Positions 25,096-38,790 of a DNA stretch of 64,000 bases are shown here, piece after piece. The translations under genes and the position numbers were made by a program. The stretch spans positions 13,944,974-14,008,973 of the forward strand of contig NC_057749.1 of the NCBI RefSeq assembly GCF_004010195.1, read 5' to 3'. The stretch's first letter is position 1. Each line of letters starts with the position of its first letter. The stretch comes from Chiloscyllium plagiosum (taxonomy: Eukaryota). The notes beneath the pieces were generated by a model that was given only the letters and a program-made list of their open reading frames with translations, was not told the DNA's origin and made no database searches.

Positions 25096-25829
25096 TCTTT
25101 ATAACTTAGCTAATGTAGATGTGGAATCCACCATCAAAATGATCTAGGTTGTGTGACTGTCACATACATTGCTTTTTTTTAAACTGAGCCACTGGATTGC
25201 TGAAATGTATGGAATGTGGGTGTCATTATACATGGCATTAAAGACTTCCATCTTGTGTGATAATGCACTGGAACATCAAAGTGCTTGACAAGGAATAAAA
25301 AAAGATAGATCTGTGGCCATGTTGGATTTATAATCGACCTGATCGGGCTGTTTAGGGCAAGGCTTAAACTCTCATACAAAAATTAGCGCCTCAGCCTGTG
25401 TAGCACCTTCTCAATACTGCACTGGAGTGTCAGTCTGGTTGACATATGAATTGGATTTGATCCCACAGCCATTAGATGAAAACAGTACCACCGAGCCAAG
25501 GCTGACAGCAATAGTCCTGAATCTACGTGTCCCAGTTACTGATTAGTCACAATACAAATAAACTTTCACTTTGAACCTCTGTTAATCTTGAAGGTTTTTA
25601 GAATACTGATCAATCTTTATATCCTGATTGAAAACTTGGTAGTTCTTCTCTTTTCTCATAATTTTGATTTCTTCTTTCTCTTTGTCCTAGTTTCAATGAT
25701 TTTAAGAGAATTCTGCTCTGTCATCCAGCTTGGCTTAGACAGTTTTGTATGAAACATCGTTTAATTTCAATTTCATTGTTTTGGAAAGAAACACTGTCAT
25801 AGGGCATCCTTTGACACGTGGAATTGCGA

Positions 25830-28800
25830 TGTTGTTGCTATCCGACGTGGTCGAGGAAGTGGCAGGACTGACAAGTCCACATTCCAGGGTATAGGATCTT
25901 CAAACAGGATAGGAGAGGGTGTCAAAGAGGAGCTGGTATTGCATTAGTAATGAAAGAGTTAGTTGCTACAGTAAGAAAAGATGATATCTTGATAAGATCT
26001 TCCAATAAGGGTTTAAGGGGAAAGGTTGGTATAAAAAGGGGGTAGTCATACTACTGGCTGTGTATTGTAGGCCCCAAAAGTTAATGGAAAGTAGAGGAGC
26101 AGCTATGTAGACAATTCACTGCTGTGTGTAAAAACCACAATAGTACAATTATATTAGGGGATTTCAACTTCCAAAACATCAATTGGGATAGTCATTGTGT
26201 AAAGGGATTAAAGGGGACAGATTTCTTGAAATGTATTCAGCTTTTTCTGTCAACATTTAGAAGCTCCAGTGCAGTTCAGGATCTAATTATGGGCATCAGA
26301 GTTGGGCAGGTTATTGAGGTGGCAGCAAGAAAGCATTTTAGTGATAGCCACAAAAACGCCATATGTTTTAACATGGACTGCAGTGGTTCACCATAACCAA
26401 GGGCAACTAGGATGGGCAATAAATGCTGGCAAGCCAGTGACGCCCACATCCTGCATGGACAAAATAGTTAGTTTGCGAGAAAGTGCTTTGAATTACGGGT
26501 AGATTTTACTAAAATAAGGCAAGTGTGGTCAGACTGTGAACAGCACATTCTCAGTAAATCTAGTTTGGTGGAAGTTCAAAACTGAATTGTGATCAACATG
26601 TTTGCTTTTGGGTGATCAACCAGCCTGGAGAATCTTGAATGTCAATGAATATTCAGGACTGGATAAGAAGGAAAAGAGAGGCTTTTAACAGGTGCACTCA
26701 GAGCAAATCAGTGGAGGTCCAAGTGGAATACAGAAAGTTCAGGAGGAAACTTCTTTTTAAAAAAGCAATCAAAAGGGCAAAGGGGGTGGGGGTATGAAAA
26801 AATACTGGTGTGTGAGATTAGGCAGAATCCCAAGATATTCCAGAAGTATATCAGGGGAAAAGGAAAACCAGGAAAAGTATAGGTCCCATTGAGAACTGGA
26901 AGGGGCTACCTGTGCATGGAGCCAAAGAACTTTGATAAGGTGTTAAAATGAGTATTTTACATATGTCTTTATTTTGGAGAAGAAAGTTGGAGGCACAGAA
27001 TTTGGGAAAAGGGACTGTGAGGTTCTTGAGCAGTTTGACATGGGGAGTAAGGAGGTATTGGAGATTTTGGCAGTCTTAAGAATGGACAAATACTCTTCAA
27101 CGAAACTATATATTTTTTAAGAAGTCTAGCTATGAAGAGAGGTTGAGTAGGTTAGGTTTATTTTCACTAGAAAAAAGGAGATTGTGAGGGGATCTGACTG
27201 AGGTTTACAAAATCATGAAAGGTATAGACAGGGTGGATAGAGACGAGCTATCTCCCAGGATGAAGGATTCGCTAACGAGAGGTCATGCTTTCAAAGTGAG
27301 AGATGGAAAGTTTAAGGGGGATACACGCGGTAAATACTTCACACAGACAGTGGTGGGCATTTGGAACGCGTTGCCAGCAGAGGTGGTAGAGGCAGACACG
27401 GTAGATTCATTTAAGATGCGTCTGGACAGATGCATGAGTAGATGGGGAGCAGAGGGATACAGATGCTTAGGAACTAACCAACAGTTTGAGACAGTACATT
27501 TGGATCGGCTCAGGCTTGGAGGGCCAAAAGGCCTGTTCCTGGGCTGTAAATTCTCTTTGTTCTCTTTGTTCTTTGAATACCCAGGTCCAGATGAGTTGTG
27601 TCCCAGGCTGCTGTGGGAGGAAATTACAGGGGCTCTGAACCAAATTTTTAATTCCTCTGGCCTCTGGAGAGGTCCCAGAGCACTGGAGGATGGCTAATGT
27701 GGTTCCACTTTTCAAAAAGGGTAACAGAGGTAAACGAGGAAATTACAGACCATCGAGCCTCTCCATCAGTGACAAGGAACCCAGTGAGAAAATTCTGAAT
27801 TAATCTCACTTGGAGAGGTCAGTTTGATTAGAGATAGTCAGCATGACTTTGTCTGAGGGATGTCATATCTAACAAACTTAATTGAATTTTTCAAAGTGAC
27901 GGGGTGTGTACATGAGGTTAGTGTAGTTGATGTCGTTTATTTGGACAAGGTTCTGCATGGAGATTGATTAAAAAAGGTAAAAATACATGAGATCCAGTGT
28001 AACTTAGCAAATTGGATTCAAAACTGATTTCATGGTAGGAGACAGAAGGTGATGAGCAAGGTGAGGGCCCATGGTGTTCAAGGTGAGCTACTGGTATGGA
28101 TTGAGGATTGGCTGTCTGACAGAAGGCAGAGAGTTGGGATAAAAGGTTCTTTTTCGGAATGGCAGCCGGTGACAAGCGGTGTCCCGCAGGGTTCAGTGTT
28201 GGGGCCGCAGCTGTTCACATTATATATAAATGATCCAGATGAAGGGACTGGGGGCATTTTAGCAAAATTTGCCTATGATACACAGTTAGGTGGACAGGCA
28301 GGTAGTACTGAGGAAGTGGGGAGGCTGCAGAAGGATCTAGACAGTTTGGAGGAGTAGTCCAGGAAATGGCTAATGGAATTCAATGTGAGCAAATGCGAGG
28401 TCTTGCACTTTGGAAAAAAGAATAGAAGCATGGATTACTTTCTAAACAGTGAGAAAATTCGTAAAGCCAAAGTACAGAGGGATCTGGGAGTGCTAATTGA
28501 AGATTCTCTAAAGGTAAACATGCAGGTTGAGCCCGTGATTAAGAAAGCGAATGCAATGTTATCAATTATCTCAAGAGGGTTGGAATACAAAAGCACCGTT
28601 GTGCTACTGAGACTTTATAAAGCTCTGGTTAGGCCCCACTTGGAGTACTGTGTCCAGTTTTGGTCCCCACACCTCAGGAAGGACATACTGGAACTGGAGC
28701 GTGTCCAGCGGAGATTCACGAGTGCAGTGGAGGCTGGGACGCTAAATGTCTTCAAGGCAGAAATTGATAAATTCTTGATGTCACAAGGAATTAAGGGCTA

Positions 28801-29915
28801 CGGGGAGAATGCGGGTAAGTGGAGTTGAAATGCCCATCAGCCATGATTGAATGGCGGAGTGGACTCGATGGGCCGAATGGCCTTACTTCCGCTCCTATGT
28901 CTTATGGTCTTACGATAAAAAGCTGTTTATGTGAGCAGAGGCCGGTGTCCAGTGGCCTACCACAGGGATCAGTGCTGGGTTCCTCTTTGTCTGTGGTTTT
29001 CATAAATGGTGCAGAAGAAAATGTGGCTGGGGGGAGAATGATAAGTCAGTGTGTGGATGACACAAAAATTGACCAGGTGGTTGACAGTGAGGGAGAAGGC
29101 CTTTTGTTGCAGGAGAGTGTAACCGGATTGGTCAGATGGGCAGCTCAGTGGCAGATGGAATTTAATCCTGAAGAGTGTGAGGTGATACAAATTGGAAGAA
29201 GTAACAAGATAAGGGAGCACTTAATAAATAACAGAACACTGCGAAGCTTAGGAGCAGAGGGATCTTTGGGTTCTTGTCCATAGATCTCTGAAAGCAGCAG
29301 GACAGGTCAGTAGGTTAGTTAGAAAGGACACTTGCCTTTATCAGTTGTGGCATTGATTATAAAAGCAGGAGCTTCTGTTGGAGTTGTACAAAACTTTGGT
29401 TAGGCCAGAACTGGAGTAACTGTAAAAGTTATGATTGCACTGAAGGGGGTGCACAGGAGATTTACCAGGATGTTGCAGTTTGGCTATGATGAGAAGCTGG
29501 ATAAGCTTGGGTTGTTTTCTTCAGAGCATAGAAGGTTGATAGGGTTTCTCTTTGAAATATATAAGATTGAGGAGCATGGACAGGGTGAATAGAAATCAGA
29601 TGTTCCCTTTAGTTAAAGGGTCAATAACAAGAGGGCATAATTTTAAGGTGAAAGGCAGAAGGTTTAGGGGGAGAAATGATCAAAAACAAATTTTCACCCA
29701 GGGGATGTTTGGAATCTGGAATGTATTGCCTGGGAGGGTATTTGAGGCAAGAAACCTCCACTTTTTAAAAAGTAATTGGATGAATACTTGAAATCTTGTT
29801 ACATTCAAGGCTATGAGTCAAGTGTTGAAAATGGGATTACTGTAGATTTAGAGAAGTTTTTGGCAGTGCAGGCTCAATGGGCTGAAAGGCCTCTTCTGTA
29901 CTGTATGACTCTAAA
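25830..29915 (+). mobile_element. Old CR1 ORF2 (APE to RT) containing two nested younger CR1 fragments (about 27125-27575 and 28050-28912)
   Basis: IILGDFNF..INW (APE), PGPD, SGLPQGSVLG, DDTK in the host element; the inserts carry their own tails (ttctctttg repeats; tcttatggtctta) and [11 protein letters not shown]. Confidence 0.85.
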
Positions 29916-30292
29916 TGCTCCCAGGTTACCTTTTCTATCTGTAGCACACTATTCAAAGTCTGTCTATCTCCCATTTTCATTCTTATCACTTTGTGCCTTC
30001 AATCTGAGAATCTCATTACTTAATTTTCACAAAAGCTGTAACATTAAAACAAAAAGCTGTAACACTATGTAAAACATTTAGATTTTCCTGCGCTGAACAA
30101 GGTGTGCAGAGTCTGGAGTGGGACTTTAATTCACACCTGCCTTGCTCAGGGGCAAGATGCTACGTCTGCACCAGGGCTTCCATCTACTTGAGGATAAAAA
30201 TAAACATTACAGAAGTCTTTGTGGGACTTGTGGTACCCTGATTGTCTGGGTACTTTAAAAACAAATCCTCAAATAACTAATGGTTCATTTAT

Positions 30293-30470
30293 CAAAATAG
30301 AAATTGCTGGGGGAAAGAGACTCAGCAGGTCTGACAGCATCTGTGGAGAGAAATCAGAGTTCACATTTCAGGTCCAATGACCCTTCTTCAGAACTTAAGG
30401 GTACTGCCAGACCAGTTGAGTTTTTGCCAGCAATTTCTGATTTCCAGCATCCCGCAGTTCTTTTGGTTCA
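30293..30470. mobile_element. Family-C PLE insertion with decayed minus-strand hammerhead
   Basis: Minus strand ctgaagaagggtcattggacctgaaatgtgaac; inverted arm ccagcaatttct. Confidence 0.6.
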
Positions 30471-30570
30471 TTTATCAAGTTTGTCATCAAAGCAATATTT
30501 AATTCAAACCTACTGAATCAAGGTGAAACAGAAAACAAATTGCTTTAACTTTCTTGACATCTGTCTCTAG

Positions 30571-30684
30571 ATTTTTTTGAAAGATAAAAAACGATTTGAG
30601 AATGCAAACATTGATGGGTTACCAGGACTGACTCTTACAGAATTTGTAGCATTTGAACACCCAGAAGAAGCTGACTATATGAAG
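30571..30684 (+). CDS. RCN2: RCN2 coding exon 4 (114 nt)
   Basis: ctctag|[38 protein letters not shown]|gtgagc. Confidence 0.95.
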
Positions 30685-30958
30685 GTGAGCTACAGTGTGC
30701 TGTTTTTTGCATAATTTGAATAATAATTACCACTTCCATGTGAATAGAATTTTTTTTTAATGCTCGTCAAGAAGACTAGTCTCTGAAACCTTTCCATTTC
30801 TGCATTCTGGTGAAACTTTGTTTCAGAGACTCACTATACTCCGTAACAGTGAGTCTGGATAACTAAGGAGGCAAATTAGCCAGTTAAAAATCCTTCCCCT
30901 TTGCCTTGTAGCTTCTGCAGGAGTAAAGTTTCATGGGCATTGACATCTCCCCAAGAAT

Positions 30959-31280
30959 TGGGCAGCACATTGGCTCAGTAGTTAGCACTGCTGCCTCACA
31001 GCACCAGGGACCTAGGTTCAATTCCAACCTGGGCAACTGTCTGTGTGGAGTTTGCACATTCTCCTCATGTCTGCATGCTCCAGTTTCTTCTCACAGTCCA
31101 AAGATATGCAGATTAGGTGGATTGGCCATGGTAAATTGTCCGTAGTGTCCAGGGATGTGTGGGCTTGGTGGTTGGCCATAGGAAGTGCAGGGCTGCATGG
31201 ATAGGATGGTTCTGGGTGGGATGCTCTTTGGAGGGTTGGTGTGGACTTGATGGGCTGAATGGTCTGCTTCAACACAGTTG
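30959..31280 (+). mobile_element. HE1/V-SINE
   Basis: tRNA head ggctcagtagttagcactgctgcctcacagc, V-domain, tail. Confidence 0.85.
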
Positions 31281-31377
31281 AAATTCACTAGATCCCTACA
31301 GTCGGTGACACCTTAACTGAAAATGATGGCATGTTCACCTAATATCAATGCAGCTGTTTTAAATTTTTGAATTGCAG

Positions 31378-31474
31378 GAGTATGTCATACAGGATGCTTT
31401 AGATGAACATGATCGTGACAAAGATGGGTTCATCAGCTTAGAGGAATTCCTTGGTGACTACAGAAAAGACCCAG
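31378..31474 (+). CDS. RCN2: RCN2 coding exon 5 (97 nt, EF-hand 4)
   Basis: ttgcag|[33 protein letters not shown]|gttagt. Confidence 0.95.
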
Positions 31475-32198
31475 GTTAGTTAGACTAATATTATAATATT
31501 TCAGTGAAATAAAATTAGTGGTCAATATCTTGATTATTTCCTTTGATTTTTAGCCTTTTAAAACACAGTTGAGGATTCATAATTTTCTATTTATAATTCC
31601 ATTTTCTTTTCCACTTTGGTATGGGTATACCCTGAAACCTGGATCCTTTCATGATAGTGCAGTTTGCTTTTTATAACTGAGTGTTATGTAGAAGACAAAT
31701 CTGAACCTATAATTGCCTGAAATTATTAATTCCTAATTTCTGAAATGATGCTGCGGAAAAGCATAGAGTGAAGCCAGTCCTTACCTTGTTGGGAGGAAGA
31801 AAGGAAAATCAGACAACAAATACCAGTGCCTCTGCCACTTCAGAAATTAGGAAGGTGACACTGAAACTACAACCTGTTCCCCCAACTGAGTGGGTGATTG
31901 AGCCATCTGTTTGACTGTCAAAAATATTAATCATCATCAATTTTAGAAAGTGTATAAATCAGCTCCTCAGCTTCTTATGTGTCTGATTATTGTACCGAGT
32001 CAAGTATGCAAGTAAAACTTGGTGCATATAATTAATTTGCACATGCTCTTTTTCCTAGGCCACCGCTGATCTAACCAAAAACTAAATATGAGCAATTCAC
32101 AGTAATGTGATCCTTCAATTCTGCAATACCATTGCTGGTTGGTAGTTATCAAATGTGAATATTTTTTAGCTAAGAATGTTTCCACCTCTTGAAAACAG

Positions 32199-32341
32199 GT
32201 GCTGAGGAAGATCCAGAATGGGTAACTGTGGAACGTGATCGATTTGAAAATGATTACGACAAAGACAAGGATGGAAAACTTAATCAAGAGGAACTCCTAT
32301 TGTGGATTATTCCCAATAATCAGGATATTGCACATGATGAG
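32199..32341 (+). CDS. RCN2: RCN2 coding exon 6 (143 nt, EF-hand 5)
   Basis: aacag|(G)[47 protein letters not shown]|gtaaag. Confidence 0.95.
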
Positions 32342-32454
32342 GTAAAGTTTTTTTTTTAATTATTAACTCTGTGGTAATAGTAGCACTATCTTTGGAAAGT
32401 TGATAAATTTTTACATGTTAAAAATAAATTCATGTTTGTGTAGATTTAAGTCTC

Positions 32455-33560
32455 ACGTCTGTCGTCTGCAAGGTGTTAGAAAGGATTCTGAGGGATAGGA
32501 TTTATGACCATCTGGAAGAGCATGGCTTGATTAAATGCAGTCAACACGCCTTTGTGAGGGGCAGGTCATGCCTCACAAACCTTATCGAGTTCTTTGAGGA
32601 TGTGACTAGAAAAGTTGATGAGGGTCGAGCTGTGGATGTGGTGTAAATGGACTCTAGCAAGGCATTTGATAAGGTTCCCCATGGTAGGCTCATTCAGAAG
32701 GACAGGAGGAATGGGATACAGGGGAACGTAGCTGTAGCGGGACATTGACAGGATGCAGAGATGGGCTGAGAGGTGTCAGATGGAGTTCAACCTGGATAAA
32801 TGCGAGGTGATGCGTTTTGGAAGGTCGAATTTGAAAGCTGAGTACAGTATTAAGGATAGGATTCTTGGCAGTGTGGAGGAATAGAGGGATCTTGGTGTGC
32901 AGGTACATGGATCCCTTAAAATGGCCACCCAAGTGGACAGGGTTGTTAAGAAAGCATATGGCGTTTTGGCTTTCATTAACAGGGGTATTGAGTTTAAGAG
33001 TCGTGAGATCTTGTTGCAGCTCTATAAAACTTTGGTTAGACCGCACTTGGAATACTGCGTCCAGTTCTGGTCGCCCTATTATAAGAAAGATGTGGATGCT
33101 TTGGAGCGGGTTCAGAGGGTTTACCAGGATGCTGCCTGGACTGGAGGGCTTATCTTATAAGGAGAGATTGACTGACCTCGGACTTTTTTCATTGGAGAAA
33201 AGGAGGAGAAGAGGGGACCTAATTGAGGTATACAAGGTAATGAGAGGCATAGATAGAGTCGATAGCCAGAGACTATTTCCCAGGGCAGAAATGACTAACA
33301 CGAGGGGTTATAGTTTTAAGCTGGTTGGGGGAAAGTATAGAGGGGATGTCTGAGGCGGGTTCTTTACACACAGAGTTGTGAGAGCATGGAATGCGTTGCC
33401 AGCAGCAGTTGTGGAGGCAGGGTCATTGGGGACATTTAAGAGACTCCTCGACATACATATGGTCACAGAAATTTGAGGGTGCATACATGAGGATCAGTGG
33501 TCGGCACAACATCGTGGGCTGAAGGGCCTGTTCTGTGCTGTACTGTTCTATGTTCTAATC
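32455..33560 (+). mobile_element. Relatively young CR1 fragment with internal deletion near 32735
   Basis: QHAFVRGRSCLTNL..D.SKAFDKVPH, then a jump to RDIDRM..WQMEFN; LVRPHLEYCVQFWSP; many CpGs retained. Confidence 0.9.
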
Positions 33561-34001
33561 CACTGCCCTGTTGGTGTGCTGGCAATACAGAAACGAGCAT
33601 TGTCAGTTACCATCAGACATTGTTGGAAGAATATTGTGAAAAGCTGCCATACTTGACCTGGATGCCTCAGATGGCAGTGTGTTCTGTTACCCAAACCAAT
33701 ACTGAGAGAGCATGAAGAACTTAGAGGACGATTTTTTTTCCTGCAAAGAAAGATAGTAACAATATTAGGAAAAAATACTTGTTTTGAAATGATACTGACT
33801 TCGGAACACTGTTTGAATGTGAAGAATTGAAAACCTCATGTTGAGAGTTGTACTCAAGTAAAATAGTACTTTCGAACCATTGCCTCGAGGGAGGGAAGTG
33901 CTACCATATGGTTTGTGTATTTGAGGTTTTATCGCCAATCTCTTTGCTGCTTTTGTGGTGTGATTTTAAAAAACATACAGATTTGAGGGAGAGAAGAAAT
34001 T

Positions 34002-34503
34002 ATAGAGTCATAGAGATGTACAGCACGGAAACAGACCCTTCAGTCCAACTCATCCATGCTGACCAGATATCCCAACCTAATCTAGTCCCACTTGCCAGCA
34101 CCCAGCCCATATCCCTCCAAACCCTTCTTATTCATATACCTATCCAGATGCCTTTTAAATGTTGCAAATATACTAGCCTCCACCATTTTCTCTCATAGCT
34201 CATTCCATACACATACCACACTAAGTGTGAAAAGGTTGCCCCTTAAGTCTTTTTTATATCTTTCCCCTCTCATCCTAAACCTATGCACTCTAGTTCTGGA
34301 TTCCCCCACCCCAGGGAAATGACCTTGTCTATTTATCCTATCCATGCCCCTCATGATTTTATAAACCTCTATAAGGTTACCCCTCAGCCTCCGATACTCT
34401 AAGGAAAACAGCCCCAGCCTATTCAACCTCTCCCTAAAGCTCAAATCCTCCAACCCTGGCAACATCCTTGTAAACCTTTTCAGAACCCTTTCAAGTTTCA
34501 CAG
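34002..34503 (-). mobile_element. CR1/HER1 3' fragment
   Basis: ORF 34193..34510(-) KLERVLKRFTRMLPG..WNEL. Confidence 0.9.
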
Positions 34504-34915
34504 TATCCAAATGAGGGCAGTTATGCCATTTTGTCCAAACGTCTCCCTGCTATGTTGGATCGCTCATACATACTAATTGGAAGAGCAGGATGTTGGTCTG
34601 TTTTCTGGCCATTTTATTTTAGTCTGGAGGCTTCTATTGTTTAAGCCATTGGGTGGCCGCCTTACTGAAATGAAAAGAATGCATATAAGAACTGGAAATT
34701 AGGATAGTCACAGTTTGGCAACTGAGATTAGAATTAAAATCCATTGTTGGGCAGTGCTGGAGGAGGCTTTGTCCTGCATCTGTGCCACACTTGATGCTCT
34801 CGATTTCTATGGGGAAGTGTTCAAGGGCTGGGTAAGGAGACTTCTGCAGAAATGCATGCAGGTGTTTTACTTCAGCTATCAAAGATTAACATTGGGAGTT
34901 TTTGTTCTCTGATAG

Positions 34916-35068
34916 GCTGATCATCTCGTCAAAGAAATTGATACAAATGGAGATGAGAAACTTACAGAAGCGGAAATACTTGTGAGTCAGGATCTCTTCC
35001 TCAACAGTGAAGCAACAGACTATGGAAGCCAACTGCATGATGAAAAGTTTTACCATGATGAACTTTAA
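34916..35068 (+). CDS. RCN2: RCN2 last coding exon (EF-hand 6, HDEL-stop)
   Basis: gatag|[50 protein letters not shown]. All exon phases are compatible; total CDS 960 nt (319 aa). Confidence 0.96.
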   Translation, partial: ADHLVKEIDTNGDEKLTEAEILVSQDLFLNSEATDYGSQLHDEKFYHDEL

Positions 35069-37290
35069 TGGCAGATGTTCTGATTGGATTTTGTTTCAAT
35101 CAACAACTAAACTTCTTAGACTACTTTCAAGTATATTCACTGGCCAACAAATGCTGACCAATAACTGGTATTAGTAGAATGGAATAGAACAGTCCGATAG
35201 ACTTTTAACCAAAGTAGTATTGTTATGAAAACATCCAATCATAATTTTCTACCTACTTTACAGATAAGTTGGTCCACTGTAATCTGTCTTGTGCTCTCAC
35301 AGACTGACAATTCCTGAGGTAATTATAGTCACCACTACATTATAGAATTTTGAGGCCAGTTTAAAAATGTGCACAATGTATTTCTACCACTTTTTGAAAT
35401 CCGCCTAACCATAGAAAATGTATGACACAGAAAGGTGCCATTTGGCACATGCTGGCTAAAGACCTATTTAGCTTTATCCTTTTTTTCAGTTCATGGTGCT
35501 AGCCTTGCAGAATATAGCAAAAAAAGGCATCCACCAGGAGTTTCAAAAGTGATAAGGGTTTCTGCTTCCCTATCCTTTTAGACAATGAATTCCCAGATCC
35601 CATTACCTGATGGATGGAAAAAATGTATCTTTATTCTTTTAGTATTTTCTTAATCCATTCTCCCCACTCTTCTCAATTTTGCAAACCAAATTTTTTTTGT
35701 AAAACGTGGTCAGTCAGTTTTCAGTTGAATAAGACAATGGATTGAACCTTAGTAAACTCCGTAATGGACCTCTTTTCTTCTGATTAGCTATCAGTTTTAA
35801 ATCACAGAAGAAATCAACAGTGAGGTTACTGTTGCTGTGTTCTTTGTCTAATCCTAATTGTGTATGCATGTTAATGTATATTTACAATTCTGTGACATGA
35901 AAATTGAAGATACTCCCTTACAAACAAGAAACTTCTTTCCATACATTACATTTATGATATGGATTTTTAAAGTTCTTGATTTGGCACATAATCCACAGCT
36001 TCATTTAGCAAAGCAAGGAAATTAGAGGATATCTTGTACAATGCAGTGGAAGGTAATCTTCTCCCATTCAAACTGAAGCACAAAGTGGCAATTCAGCCTT
36101 ACCCTACATATAACGACAATGACCTGATCAAGGGAATGCTTGAAGCTGAAGCTCACTGTCGAGACATTGGGATGTGTCGCAGTCCTCAGCAACATTGTAA
36201 CTCACCTTGATGAACACATAATTTAAAAAGAAAAGTCTTTATTAAAATCCAAAAAACATAAGCTGCCTTTTAGACTTAAAGCTATACACTAAACTTGGTC
36301 TTGAGCTATGTAGCCTAGACCATGCTCCCATCAGGTGGAATTTCTTTTAGTTGTAACTTCCGACTCATTGTTTGGAGGAAAAACACTATTTACATAAATA
36401 TTATATAGTTGATAATTTCCATGTTTTAATTGTTTAAAGTTAAATCAACAAAAAAAGTTTATAACAAATGTTGCTGTTGATTTTGCTCTGCTTTGTAATT
36501 TAGCAATTGAGGTAGTTGTACAAAGGAATCTCCTATGACAATCTACTGACGTCCATTGTTGGAACATTTTTTTGAGTTAAAGCATCTGGTTGGTAGCAAC
36601 TTCATTTCATTCTGGCTTTCTGTGAATAAGTTATATAAGTAAGCTAGGTATTAACAATTATTGAAACCAGAACTTGATGTATGATTGTAAAATTTCAGCC
36701 TCTCTTCCACCTGACCCTCAGTCTCTGAACTAAAATCTACTAAGTGCTGCTGCTGTAATTGTTCCAGAACCTAAATTACTACATATGGTTTCACAAGTCT
36801 GAAAACTGTATAGACCTGTCGGCATACGAAGTCCATGTGAATAAACCTGAAAATTGTATTAACTATTTGGATTCCTACAGTTAACTGATTTCTTAGCAAT
36901 GCTTGACCCATGTGTGGAACTAACAACTTATTATCCTTCCTCACGGTCATTAGTACTCCTGAAAGTATCAGATAGATATTCTGATCATCGGGCCTTAAAC
37001 TAGAGTTACTGTTCTTTTGCTGTACAGAACTAATTAAAATATACACCACTTGCTCTGCTACATTTATAGAATAAATCGGTACCAACCTGTTATTGAATTT
37101 GTCACTCAATCTCAGAATTTATCATTGGGGAATTCATATATAAGAGAACCTGATGTGTCAGCACTAAATGCTCCACAATGATTTGACTTTGGGCAGGTAT
37201 ATTAATTGAAACTAATCAACTTGAGAGCACAATAGAATCTGCAATTGCAGAAATTAATATAAATAAACATGGTTTATTCTATCATTTAAA
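35069..37290 (+). other. Probable RCN2 3' UTR
   Basis: AT-rich with few recognisable repeats; AATAAA at 36840, 37070 and 37262. The true end cannot be determined. Confidence 0.35.
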
Positions 37291-38571
37291 AAATAGGAAG
37301 TGTTGGTGGTACACGGTGGACTAGTTAATGTTCAGGCAGAGATTCCTAATAGTGGCTACCTGGTGTGTACTCCTTGCATTTTTCTGTCTTCTAGATTTCT
37401 GGCATTTGCAATTTCTCGTCTGACTTTTCAAGCTACGAGGGTTTCCATTTTGATCAAGATGAATTCCAAGAAAATAACCAGTTAATATTAATTTTAAAAA
37501 GGAAATATTCCAAACATACCTTTTATATAGTGGTCAGTTAACATGGACTTGTATGGAAAGCTCAGCTGACAAAACAATACAGTTAAGACTTACTGTTAAA
37601 CTAAAGTCTGATATTGAACCTAGGACATTGATGCTTTGCAAAAATCTAGGAAAGGTCAGTGCCAAACTCTATTTGCTGTTGAAGAAGCTATAGAATAATG
37701 AGAAGGACAGGTCACTGTACAGAGAATCTTTTTACTCAACTTTGAAAACATCAGTGCTTTATTACAGATCTGTTTGTTTAGCTGTTACTTAATGTGATCT
37801 TTGAAGCAATTAATACCTCAAGTTCTTTCATTTAATATCATAAGGCTAAGGAGACTTATCCCTTACAATGTTGTTCATACAGTTTCTGTTCCTGTTGAGC
37901 TTTCTATCTTATGATCGGTGGTAAACTGTTCCAGTTGTAACTAAAATGGCAATCAGATTTTTACTTAAGCCATTAACACTAAACTCTTAACTTTAAGATT
38001 AAACTTTTGATGAACATTGAAATAAAATCTTGTGATGTTTCAATTGGTTGTTTTTGGGGTTTTTTCATTACACACCTGGCATTGCCATTTCAATTTTGTG
38101 ACATCGCATATTCCTTTGGTTGTAATTCTATCTTCCTCGAAACTACAGAGCAAAAACGTTCTGGTTTATTTCCGATTTCCCACTTTTTTTCTATATCCTC
38201 CTTGTTTTTCTTCAAAGAGCAAAGGTTGACTGAACGCTGATAATATTCAAATTAATCCAGAGAAAGAAAGGAAAATCTGGGTTATAGAATAAAAGATGGA
38301 TTTCAATATATCAAAATGTGAAGAAACAAATATGTACATAATGATTGAGTCTCCATTTTCCAAAGGAAAGAAGTTAGTTATCGACCATTTGGAAGTATAC
38401 ACCCTGAAATTTATTAGCTAGATTAAAAAATGCATCATTCACTAATAATATCTTATGATAACTCTTTAGCACTATTTTACATTTTAATTTTGATTAGGAG
38501 AGTTCAGAATTGAACAGTCAGGATGATTCTCTGTTTTTGTTCTCAAAGTAGAGTTATTTCTCAAGTGAAGT

Positions 38572-38790
38572 GAAAATGAGGACTGCAGATGCTGGAGATC
38601 AGAGTCAAGGTTAGAGTAGTGCTGGAAAAGCACAGCAGGTCAAACAGTATCAGAGGAGCAGGAAAATCGATGTTTCGGGCAAAAGCCCTTCATCAGAAAT
38701 GAGAGCTCTCGTTCCTGATGAAGTCAATTTTCCCGTTCCTTGGATGCTGCCTGACCTACTGTGCTTTTCCAGCATCATTCTAATCTTAAC
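38572..38790. mobile_element. Family-A PLE palindromic insertion
   Basis: Minus core CTGATGAAGGGCTTTTGCCCGAAACATC (about 38669-38696); plus core with stem II deleted (ctgatgaa-gtcaat). Confidence 0.75.
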
